Source of the DNA: Klebsormidium nitens
Taxonomy: Eukaryota; Plantae; Klebsormidiophyceae
Reading direction: 5' to 3'
Assembly (NCBI GenBank): GCA_000708835.1
Contig: DF236972.1
Coordinates: forward strand, 124,001-188,000
Length of the DNA: 64,000 bases
The translations under genes and the position numbers were made by a program. The notes below the pieces were generated by a model that made no database searches, was not told where the DNA came from, and worked only from the letters and a program-made list of their open reading frames with translations. Numbering within the stretch: the first letter of the stretch is position 1; each line of letters starts with the position of its first letter. This document shows positions 1-12,400 of this stretch, piece by piece.

Positions 1-493
1 CATTGAAGGAAAATGTCTTCTAAAATGTTCGGCAGCCCAAATAATTATTTAATCAAAAACGAAAACAAACACTGATACGGTACTCAATGCCTCGGTCAAA
101 GAAGTACAACTTTGACAAGCTGTGGTGGTTGCTCCCCGACAGAGCGCTTGGGAATGCAACTGACTAAGATCACAAGCCGGCTTCAGAGGGGAAGCAAATT
201 CGCTCTTCTCACATAAATGAAGACGATGCGCCATTTTTATTCCGGGAGTCGGAAAGCACACGTACCGTAAGGTTCGCAGGACTTTATACCATTTAGCGAA
301 ATGCTTTCTTACCTCAACTGCATCGCCTTACAAGAAAGGGTGCAACAGATCGTCTTTAGCAAGCACGTAAATGGACGTCCGAACGGTGGGGGACTGTACG
401 TAACAAGAGTTTCGGATCGCAGAGCTTTGAAAAGACTGTCACCCGAGCTGTATAAGGCTGACTAGAGAGGCAAGAGTTGCCAAACTTGCTTAC

Positions 494-3400
494 CGAGAAG
501 AGGTTGGGCTCTTGGGAGACGAGCCCGATGTGCTTGCGCAGCCACTTGAGCTGCATCTTCTTGATGTCGACTCCGTCTACCGAGACGGTTCCTGCAGAAA
601 CAGGCGGGACTTTAGAGAGCGGTCGCAGGTTTTCGTGGATGTCTATTGCCTTGCATTACCCAGTCTGTCTCGCGCGCGAAAAACGGCCGACGTCATGCTT
701 CTCAGCGGTTCGCCAGAGTCTGCTGAAAAGCTGAGCTCAGCGATGCTTGTGTAACAGGGCGGAGAAGGAGAATGAGCCTTGAGTGACATCATCAGCAAAC
801 AGGCTACATACAAACTCCTTCCGAAGAGATCTAGGGTGCTGGGAAGCGCAGTGCAGTCATCCAAGATGAATGTAGGCGTTTTGTGTTTGAAAACTTGATA
901 CGGTGGTCCCTATGATCAATACCAGGTTCTCGGCAACTCGAACAAAGTCAGCAGGATCGGAGAAATCCGAAGCGTCAGATTGTCGACGTCAAAGAAACGA
1001 CGGCAGCGCTACGACGCGCAATCGGCCCCCAGCCAACTCGTCCTCCTGCGATCCGGCTCACGAAACAACCGACACGGCTTCCAGTGCGACAAAGCGTGGT
1101 CACGAGGGGGAACCCCGTAGACTGTGACATACCTGTCGCGGGGTCGTAGAACCGTTCGATGAGCGCGATGACCGTCGATTTGCCGGACCCGCTCTCGCCG
1201 ACGAGCGCCACCGTCCGTCCGGACTCGATGTCGAAGCTCATGCCGCGGAAGATCTGGACGTCCGGCCGCTGTACGGCAAAAAGACACGTGGCATCAGCAT
1301 TAAAGACCGCTCGAAAGGACACGTGGAGCTGGCAGATCAGACATCACTGTCTGTCCGGAGTCCGGACTCGATGTCGCAGCTCATACCGCGAAAGATCTGG
1401 ACGTCCAGCCGCTGTACGAATCAGAGACATGTGGCATCAGCACAAGGACGGCTCGAAAGTATATGTGAAACTAGCACAGCAAATGTTACTGTCCGTCTGG
1501 ACTCGATGTCGCAGGTTGGAAAAAGTGTGTTTTGTCTCTCGCTTCTTGCAAGATCTGGACGTTTGGACGCTGTACGGACCAGAGACACGTGGCATCAGCA
1601 CAACGATCGCTCAAAAGGGTACCTCGGAGTAGCAGGCAAAAATTTTGTTTTTTCACGTCGGAGCAATGGCGCACAGAATGTGGACGTCCGCACATTGTCG
1701 CACATGACAGACACGTGGCATCACAAGAGCGGAAGCCCTGGAAGGCACGTGGCACTGGCATGCCTCAAAACTGCCAAAACCACGTGAGAATTGCAGAGTG
1801 CACGTTGCTCGTTTATGCTGATTTTCGTGGCTGAAGCACCTTGAGTAGAACGTGAACGCAAGATCGGGCAGCCCCAAGCCTGAAAAGGGAGGGACAAGAA
1901 AAAACCCACCAAAGGGGGCAGCTCAAGACCTTCAAACGAGAACAGAAAAATACAAAACAGAGGAGGCATCTCACGGGCGCAGAAAAGAATGACAAAATAC
2001 AAAACAATGAATTGGACGAAAAATCAAAAAGCGACCTTACCTGCGGGTATGCAAAGTGCACATTCCGGAACGCGATGTCGCCCTTCACTGCAGGAAGGGT
2101 CATGCCGGAGGTATCGTCGGAGTCGATCTGCGGGCGCCGATCCAGGATCGCAAAGATCGAGGCCACCGCGTTGCGCGCCTTTTGAAGATCGGGGCCCATG
2201 GAAGCAGTCTGGGAGATGCCGATGGCGCTCAGCACAATGGCGAAGAACACCTGAAAGAGAGAATTCCATGATCTCAATTTTCGAAAATTTTGGAATTTTG
2301 GATTTCAAGAAAATTTGAGGCCACCGCGTTGCGTGCCTTGTAAAACTCGGAAGCAGTCTGAGAGATGTCCATGGCGCTAGCACGATGACGAAAAACACCC
2401 GGCACAGAGAAAGGGTGTCAAAGCTTTAAGGGAAATGATTAATTACATGTAAGCGAAGCTTTTGGCTCGAAGAAACGGCAAAATTGAGGCGAACGCGTTG
2501 CACGCCCTGGTGAGATTGGGGTCCATGGAAGCAGTCTGAGAGATGCCCATGGCGCTCAGCACGGCGAAGAACACCTGGAAGAAAAAGAGTCCTTTTTATC
2601 AGAAATTGGTTCACTGACTCACAGTGAAAGCCGTTCCACTGCACGACTCTTGCAGAATCCGAACAAATTCGAAATCGACCGCAAAGGATCAATCAAACCG
2701 TCGATGTCTCGCAACCGTTTCAGCGCCTTGGCGACCAAAGGCTTGAAGTCCTGTAAACGGGAGGCCTCGACATCATAAATTTGACAAGGGTACCGTGAAA
2801 GTGTAACTCTGCGCTTCGTTTCTCCACCCGAGGTTCTCTCTAAATTGCTTGACCCCTGAAGTTGTCCAGGCTCTCGAAGATTCTTCATAAACCGAAAGAA
2901 GCCCACAAAATGCTCGCTTCTGTCACCAGCGGATCGCTCTTGCAGCAAGCTAAGTCCCGCTGGACGAGTAACACTGCCAGCAGATTCAAAACCCTTAAAT
3001 TTTTCTTAACCTTCACACGCACTGAGAAACAAACAAACTCTGAAACATAACAGCAGTGCTCATTTTGAAGCACATCTGTAAGAAACGCCGAACCCTGCTT
3101 GACGAGTAACCCGCTTTTCTCGTAGCCGAGCCCGGCATACTATTAAATGCGGCAGCTGTCTTAACTCTTCAAGGTCGAAGACAAAACCAGATACACTTTG
3201 AAACAAAGAAAAGCTCACTTTAGGGACGTCTTTGAGAAACTTTGGAGCCCCTCCAAGAACAAGCTCCCGTACAAGTAGCTGCGGCCGGCATCATCGAAAA
3301 ACTAAATGGAGAATTACTAATATGGGGCTTAAAGCGCTCTTATTTGTTTTTGTAGATGGGAGAATTACTAATAACAAAGTTCAAAGGAAAAAGAGCGAAT

Positions 3401-6400
3401 TTGTGACACAGGAAACAGTGCTCACTTGTAGGACGTCCTTGAAGGACGCCTGACCCCGCTTGACGAGCAGCCCGCCGTACCAGTAGCTCAGCGCATATGC
3501 CGCAAAGACCACGAATTGGGAGAAGGCGAAGGAGACGCCGTTGACCTGGCTCGAGCGCATGCCGACGCGCTCAGGAATCTCCACCTGCGAAATGAACAGG
3601 CACGAAAATGAAAAGGCTAATAGAGAGCCAAGGGCAAATCTGCTCCGAGACTTGCACGCTAGTAAAGAGCGGCGGGTATACTGGCGCGCGGGAAGATTCG
3701 AGCGAGTAAAGCAATCGGGCAAGCGTGGTGGCGTGACGAAAAGGAGGAGAACAACAAGCCATGGCGTTGAGCTTGCACGAGTAACAAACTCTGCTTTTCA
3801 AGTCGCAAGTTTTCGCAGATTAGGTCCGCAATCGAACGGCATCCAGGCTGCCATCTTATACGGTACGTAACATTGATAACAAGAATCTTTGTTGGGGAAG
3901 GAAAACTGAGGAGCGAATATGTGACGCCGAAGAAGGGTAAGCCTTTGGATTTGTAAACCAAGGAAACCAGAGAAGAGCCGACCTGTCTTAAAAGTACGAC
4001 CAACGATGGGTTCAAGTGGGTTAAGATGATTTGAGCCATGGATTCAAGATACTCGGCGAAGAAAGCCCACCTGTCTCCTATACAGCCCCAGAATCTTGTC
4101 CTCGGCTCCAAACGCTGCCACCGTACGGATGTTTCCGGTCGCGTCGTTTGCCACCTGGCTGGCGGCTTCGTACATCTGCTTCGCCTTCACCGTGCCGTCC
4201 TTCATGCTCTTGGCCTGCAAGGAACGGAAAATGAAAAGTGACGTCAGCGAAAGTATGCACACGTCAGCATCTTCGCGGGCGATCTATGACGACGTCCTTA
4301 TACGCAACGGACGGCGACCCTCGGCTGATGATGAACTCGAAGCAGAAACGTACCGGCTGATTCTGTTCAGGTCTGCCGCCGACTGCCTTGATGTCGAGTC
4401 GAACTTGGGAGGCGGCGAGGTGACCCTCGTGTAACCCAGAGCGCGTGGAAAGGTCGTATTTTGATCAGTCTTACGCGCCACAAAACGGAAGAACTTTTGC
4501 TGAATGAACTGAGTCGGATCCGGCAACGCATTTCTGGGCCTGGTGTATGTCAACAAGTCCGCCGAATCAAAGACAACAGCTGCAAGACCGCGACCCACCT
4601 TGCCTGTTTCTATGGAGAAAAAACTTCATAAAAACTTCAAACGGACAAGAACCCCACAAGACCACCATTTCAGACTTCAAACGGACAGAACCCCACGGAC
4701 CATTTGCAAGGATAAACTTGTCATTTGCAAGGATAAACCTGTCATCTTCGTTCGAAGAGATTCCAAACGCTCTTTCAAAGACCAAACCCTTTTTTCACTG
4801 AAAGTTACGGTACAATCTCGACCCTTCAAAACAGTGCCCCTTACCTGGACATAGCCACCGAAAATTAGGAGCGGCGCGATCGACAGCACGACGAGCGTCA
4901 GGCGCCACTCCGACCGGAACGCCAGGATCAGCCCCGCGGTAATGGTCGCCAGGTTCTGAACCGTTAACCCCAGTTGGTCAACCACCAAACCCTTGATCCC
5001 TTCCGCGTCAGCCGACAAGCGCGCGCCGACGGAACCGGAAGCATTTGCGTCGTCGTCGAACCAGGAGATCTCTTGGCGCAGCACGGCGGCGAACGTCATG
5101 CGGCGCACGCGGTGGATGAGCCGTTCGGCCATGATTCCGAAGCAGGCGAACTGAAAAAAGGCAAGGGCGGCGCCGCCGCCCGCGAGAACCTGGTAACGAA
5201 CGGTTTAGGGTTTCAGGGTGTAAGGATTTGTGTTTTCTGGGTCAGGGTTTATGAATCTTAGTGAAAATAAGGTGGATGAGTCGTTTGGCCATAATACCGA
5301 AGCAGCAGAATTGGGCGAAAGCGAGGGCAGCACCGGCACCCGCGAGGACCTGGTAACAAACAAGTTGTACCGTTTATGCTGAAGGTCTATGTCCGGCTTC
5401 CCAGGTTGTTCAGGTACCATGAAAAGCGGGAAAAAGCGGGCATGTGAAGTCTATTGTTTCGAAAAGCAAATCTGAAGCCTCATCAAAGTAAGTACATACA
5501 GGCTGTCTGCAAAAGTCGTGAATCTGCCACATGAAAAAGCACCAAGTGCTGGCTAGTCGGCACAGTCTTTGATCCAACCAGGAGTAGAGACTTGGAGAAT
5601 CTACAAACTTGCATGGTTCCTGCTGCAACTGCCCGGTGCAACAAAACTTTTGCAGAGTACGGCTGTACAAGACAGGAGCAGCGGGCCTCGACCAATTCAG
5701 TAACGTCCCGACAACTCACCACAAACATCCCAGCCCAGAAGTTCGCGTCGCTCTTGAGCTGCGACGGCGGCTCGTAGAACACGGTAATGATCTCCGACAG
5801 CAGCAGCGAGAACATCGGGAACAGCAGCCCGTTCCCGCTAGCCGTTACCGTCCCCACGAGGGCGAACGGGAGCTCCGGGCGCGCCAGAGCGGCGAGCCGG
5901 ACGAAAGATACGGGTTTGGGCTGGCTTTTGGTTGACCCGGTCTCGAGGTCGCCCGGGGGATCCCCCTCGGATTTGCTGCTTGAGATACGGTGCCGGAGGG
6001 TCTTGGTGTCGGGGGCTGGGGAGCTGGGCGGAACGGAAACGGACGGAATTGTTAGCAGGAATCACTCCAAGCGGCTTGATTGGCTGGGCTGTAATAGGAT
6101 GCGGAGTCTTCGGAGAGAAGCTGACCAAACGCTGCAACTCTGCGGACAGGCCGGCAAAAATAGCCACTTTTTGACCCCAGACTCAATCATTTGGCCAAGA
6201 GAAAGTTCCAATCGGAATTGGTTCATTAAGCATCTTCTACCATTTCAAGCAATGGGCACTTGCTCCTCTTTCCAGGTCCTGTGGACAGGCTTGTGTGGAT
6301 GCTTTTGGCACTCGAGTCCAATGAGGGACGGCAGATGCACATCCGCGAAATGACTTGCAATCAGCGAATCTCATACTGCTTTCACCCCTTCTGCTTTCGA

Positions 6401-9400
6401 TCCTATTGGTGCAGATTGCGAGCGATACAGAACTCGCTCCGAATTGGGGTGATAGGGCTCAGTTCGCATCCCACCTCTTTCCCGCTTCCTTGTCGCTTAG
6501 TCCGCTCGCGGTGAGCTGCAACTGCCGCAGACCGCCGGCGGTCTTCAGACCGGAGTGGCTCAGAGCAAGGACCGGTTTCTGCTGTGGGCGGCTCTCTTCC
6601 AGGGCCTATGTAGGGAAAGAGAACTGGGTCTTAGCTGACGCTTTGGACGTCAATATGCACAACGGCTTGTTCAAAATGAAAACTGCCACTCGCGCACCTA
6701 AGCTTCGCAAGAACTGGGCTCCATCTGATGGGAACATGTCAATACGAATGCGACGTTCCTGAGTAGGCTCGAAAGCGGGTCGGGAATGATGCTTTCCAGG
6801 TCGGACCGCAAAAACCGTTTGTGGATCGTTCACCTTGGCGGAAAGTGCGCAAAGGATGCAACCCTACGTAAGTGATGTAGCGATTGTAAGTGTGACTACT
6901 GGATTGACTATCCACCCTAGCCAATAAAGTTGAGACGCCTGCAAAGATGCGAAGTGGCCGCGAGCGTAAGGCTGATCAAGAACGAAAACGGGAAAATAAG
7001 GATCCCCCATGCGCTATAGCGCAACACTCTTTCCCCAAAAAATAAAGGCACTCCAACCAGACAATGCAGCGTAGTGTGAAGTGCTCTCAGAAACAAACTG
7101 AATGAAAAGCGAAGTGACACTAATGCACAGAATAGGCACTGCTCACACAAGAAATGTGTCAGAAGAGCAAATAAAGACCGGAACCTGGGATTGACATACA
7201 CATGGGCGTCTAGAATACTTTGCTCAAGTGCTCTCCTAACGCAGATCTAAACCGAGCCCGGCTGGGTCCGAAAAGCAGATTATCAGGAAAGCAGATCCTT
7301 CGAAGCTGCCTTTCCACAAACGACGACCGCAAAATGGTACATTCATGAAGCAACTTTACAACACCCCAGAAAAAGCAGCGCTTCATACAACTGCCCCCCG
7401 AAAGCGCACCTGCAAACGAACAAGCGCTGCATATGCGCCGTTGGGGCGCGCCATCAGCTCGCCGTGGCGGCCCTCCTCGACGATCGCTCCGCGCTGGACG
7501 ACGGCGATCTTGTCCGCGTTCATAATGGTCGTCAGCCTGCGGAGTGGCCAGGAATACAAGAGCTTACGACGGTCGTTAGCGTACAGAAAAGCCGGATGTT
7601 TGTTGTTGGATGGATAAGCACAGTAGTGCGACTCAGGGCGGCTTGAAGGGGAGCCATCTATAGATGAGGTCCGAGATCGAACCGATACCAAATTCGGACC
7701 AGTTTGACACAGTTCGACGACGTAATTCGTCCGCCGCCCCTGAACCGAAAGAGAGCCACCGAGTTCCCAAGTCCAATGAGAAAACGGATTGTTTCAGCAG
7801 TTCCCGTGGGCCAAGGACAACACCGGTTTTCCCAACCATGACGTGGTCCGATGTGCTTGGCACCTGACGGAAAATTTCCATTCACACTGTTTCGGAACCC
7901 CAGAGGTCAAGTCTTCCAACCTTTCATAGACTAAGATTCAAACGGACGCACCTGTGTGCGACAACCACCGTGGTCCGCCCAACCATGACCCTGTTCAGTG
8001 CGTCTTGCACCTTCCGCTCCGATTCAGAATCCAGCGCGCTCGTCGCCTCGTCCAACAACAGGATGCGCGGGTCCTGAGGAAAGCAAGTGGTGATACGTCA
8101 GTGTTGGCGCAAGATTATGTCTGCAATGCTGGACAAAGACGCCAGTCAGGGTCGGTCTGTGTCGGTCTGAAATCCAGCGTGCAAACATCAACCTTGGATG
8201 GAGCACCAATTCGCAGAAGTCGGTGAAAAGGTTTGAAGGAAGATGGCGGGGGCCACCTTCTGCCAGATGCATGCCGGTGAAGCAGACATGATTGCGAACC
8301 ATTGAAAACTTTAACAATCCAAGTGACAATTGTTGACCAAAAAGCTGCCGTTCCCTTAACATGACCTTAAAGCCACCACACCAACCTAGACAGCTGTCCA
8401 AAGTCAAACAGCTTGCCAAAAAATGGAAGACGTCTTACCCTGAGCACCGCCCGTGCAATCGCAACCCTCTGCTTCTGCCCGCCTGACAGCTGGATCCCGT
8501 GCTCGCCCACCTGCACCGGGTTAGCAAGCAAGGGTTAGTGCAAATGCAGGGAAAAACCTGAATAAACAAGTGGGAAGCAGCATGACGATAACCAGGCGAT
8601 ACTTGAAGGATGCGAGCTTTGGTTTGTCAACCTGGGCCGTTATCCTGGGCAAGGGCCCTCGGAATTGAGGGTTCCCGATCCACTCGTTGATCCACGGGGT
8701 GGATAGCTCTCAGGCGAAACAGAACGAATCCACTGCTTTTCACAAAGTCATGATCTGGGATAACATCGCAGGATGATTGCCAAGGCTGGAGACCTTAGGC
8801 GATATTGTCCTCCTCTCGGGTCGCTACCAATGGGCCAATAAGCGGAAAGGGCGCGTTGGGGATGAGAACCCAAGAGACTCGATTTCAAAGCGGAAGAAGC
8901 ACTGAAGCAGCGACGTTCTAACAGAAATGTTAAGGACAGACGACCTACTTCGATTGGCGGATCAGAAGCTTAGAATAAGACTTCAAAAACGACAGGAGGG
9001 GCCAACTGCCGGCATGAGTTGTGAGCAGCAAGCAATACCGAGCAACGAAGATTAAAGCGAGCCCGGAACAATCCACAAGGCAGAAGTTCGCTTGCTCTCG
9101 ATGCTGCTTGCAAGAGCTGTTCTCAACTTCAGCCTCCGCACAATCGTCTGTTGAATGTTCCAAAAAACTCAAAGACGAGTCTAAAGCATCCTGGCATTGC
9201 GAAACGCAGAGGACGCTCACCTGCGTATCATAGCCGGCCGGCAGCTTCGTGATGAACTTATGGGCGTTGGCGGCCTTCGCAGCAATGACGATCTCGTCCA
9301 TAGTCGCGCCGTCTTTGCCATACGCTATGTTCTCCTTGATGCTCGCCGTGAAAAGGGCAGGCTCCTGCACCGAGCAAAGCTTTCGTTTAGATCCGTCTAA

Positions 9401-12400
9401 ATTCCGTTCAGACTCCCCCACAGAGAGTGACAGATCCCTCAGTAACACTCTCTTTCATACGAGTTGAGATCTCGAAAGGAACCTCCGTTGAGTACGCGTA
9501 ATCCGAGAGGAGAGGAGTCACTTCCTCTGACTTCGCATAGAACCAAGAGGAAGAAGATTCTCAAACCATTTCGAACTCGGGAAACCACATTATACTTCTG
9601 GATGATTGTAAGCTTTGAGACCAACCTTTCAAGTCTGAGCTCTTTTGAGGAACTCAGAATGAGGACAGTGTGAATAGCGTTTCATCTTTGACGACCTAAA
9701 GCGGCGACTGCCGATCACAGCTTCTCGAAAATCTCTCTTCGTGGTATATTGAATTTCTGACTGGCTTGCCTAATGTCAGTCTCTCTTTCGGCGTGTCATT
9801 GCAGCTCCCCCAGTGTCTGTCAGAGGTCAGCAGTAAATGCAATTACAATCTCACTTGAGACACTAGCCCGATCTGCTGTCGGAGCCACTTGAGCTGGAGC
9901 TTTCGGATGTCGACACCGTCCAGGGTGACGCAACCCGACGTGACGTCATAGAAGCGCTCGATGAGCGAAACCACTGTCGACTTGCCTGCAGGTTCGAAAC
10001 ACAGCAGAGTCGTCAAGACACACGTCGCATATTTCTGACGCCACACAACCTATGAAAACCCAGATTCGAAGCACTTTCCTCAGGGGTGTAGATCCAAACA
10101 TGCACGATGTTCACAGAGGTATTCTGGAGCGGGAGGTCCCCAAAGAGATGCTGGAGCAAGAGAGCTTACCGCTTGATCAACCTGAGCGAAGCGGACCATG
10201 CTGACAAAGCGAACGCAGGCAGAAACCGACAGCTCATTTTGACAGGATCAGCAGAACAGTTGCACTGTCCGAACACGCAAGTGGCTTTCAGAACAGCTGA
10301 AATTACGAGGGCCCAGTCAAAGGTGAAAACAAAACCAGAAGGACCACACTGTGATGTGATTAAGTTCCAAGTCATGTTATTCAAGGAGAAGGACGAACTT
10401 AGAAACAACGCAGTAGAGGAGGATTGAAACACTCACCTGAACCGCTCTCCCCAACCAAAGCAACCGTCTGCCCTGCCCGGATGCTTAGACTGAAGTTGGT
10501 AAACAGCTTGACGTCGGGACGGGCAGGGTACGAGAACCCCACGCTCCTCAGCTCGATGTCGCCATTCACGCTGGCAGGCGTCTCGCCGGACAAGTCATCC
10601 ACATCGATCGGGGGGTTGCGCTCGATCACCTGAAGATATCAAAGGTGCGCAGTTTTGATGTGCGCGCAATCAGAAGTACTCGTGTTCGTTGTTGAGGTGC
10701 TCGGTGTTTGTTTGTGAAGGCGCTGCCTTAAATGCTGACAGGACTTTTCCAAGAAGGGACAGCCTGAAGCTCTTGCTTGCGCGGCTTTTGCAAAAACGTC
10801 CGAGAAGGGAAGGGGCCAGCTTAACACGCAAAGAGGTGATGTCACGAGGGTATGGCGGGATGAGAAACGCACCGAGGCTTGGGTTTGAGAACAGTTCGAA
10901 TGGCGAGCTGATTGCAGAAGCTCCTACAAACTGACTCAAAGCGCCTGGAGATTGGACGGACGATCTAAAACTGTTGGACCAACCTGGAACATCTTGTAGG
11001 CTGCAGCCCGGCCAGAGGCGATGGCGGCGAGGTTGGGGGATCCCTGGCCCAGGCTCATGCCGCCAATCATGACGGCGAACAGGACGTTCATGACGTCGCC
11101 TCCGGTATAGTCACCCTGCAAAAGGAAGTCCGAACTGTTTGCTCAGTGGAGCTTTGCTTCAGGGTGGAAGAGCAGACGCCGCATTGAAACTGCACCGAAA
11201 TTGCTTTTTAAGGGGGGCTGACGAGCACTGCGATGACTCTGACTCACTCATTTGTCACGACATGATGCTGTGAGGCTGGTCCATCAAGGGTCCTTTCACA
11301 CAGAGAAGGTGTTTTCTTGTTTCGAGCGACGGTATAGCAGGGGTCGCGGTGCCACCGTCGCCAGAAAAAACACCGCAGGTGTTTTTTCCAGTTCGCCGAC
11401 TCGTACAGTCTTACGTCAGCAAAACAACCGCGGTGTTCCAAATCGTCACCACGCTCCAGAGCGTGGTGCGATGACAATTTCACCGTCGCACGGGACCACT
11501 CTTGCGTGCGAAACGATACCCCCAAAGTGACACAGTAAACTTGGGCAAATCAACACCTTCGGTTCCCGGCGAAATGCTCAAGAGTTCACCCGCTCTGTGT
11601 GTATAGCCCCCGAAAAGAGCATTGGAATTTTTCCAACGAGCCATTGGTTTTGCTGTTCCTGGCTGCTACCAGGAACAGTGGGAATCGACGCGAACCTTGA
11701 GAATGAGCCTCGACCCGTACCACAGCACCGGCGCATTGCCGAGAGGACAACCGCAATGCCCTAATCCGCATTCACCCGAATAGGAAAGTCTGAACTTGAG
11801 ATGCAGAACAAATGACGAAGCGTGGAAAAATAGCGACAGATGCGCACCTTGAGGATGAGCCTCGACCCGTACCACAGCGCGAGCGCATACGTGCAGAAGA
11901 CGACCGAGAGGAACACGGCCATGCCACCCCCGATCGCAAACTTCTGCCGCACCCCGACCTTGTACGCTTCCTTGCACATCGAGTCGTATGTTTGGACGGC
12001 CTTCTTCTCGCCAACAAATGACACCACCGTCCGAATTGCGCCGATAACCTGTGCAGAAGAGAAGAGAGAGGATCGTCAGGAGTGGAGGTCAGATCGTCTC
12101 TGACGCACTGTTTCGGTCAGGACAGCAATCACACTCGAGACGGATTGAATATCTTTGTTGGATCTTTTCATTGTCGCTCTTGTCGGCCACGAGCGTAATC
12201 ACTGTCAAATTAAGCCGACAACCTCCTTAGACGAACTCTGAAGCAAATCCAAGACAATAAATCTGGCAAGAATGCCTGAATGAAGCACCAAGGCTGTGAA
12301 AGGCACAATATAGTTTTCAGAATTTGCTAAGGGTAGGTGGAAAGCTAGGATAGGCTGAACGGCTTAGGTCAAAACTGCTACAACCAAAAAAACGAACAAG

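Noticed and set aside
4630-4745. Short tandem duplications here and at about 3307-3375, 22204-22227, 39915-39960, 41105-41150 and 61320-61355
   Set aside because: Ordinary 12-45 bp slippage duplications with no spacer structure; not CRISPR-like and not junction echoes.
5203-5250. Degenerate TTTAGGG-like run
   Set aside because: Only one perfect unit, inside an intron; too short to call an interstitial telomere.
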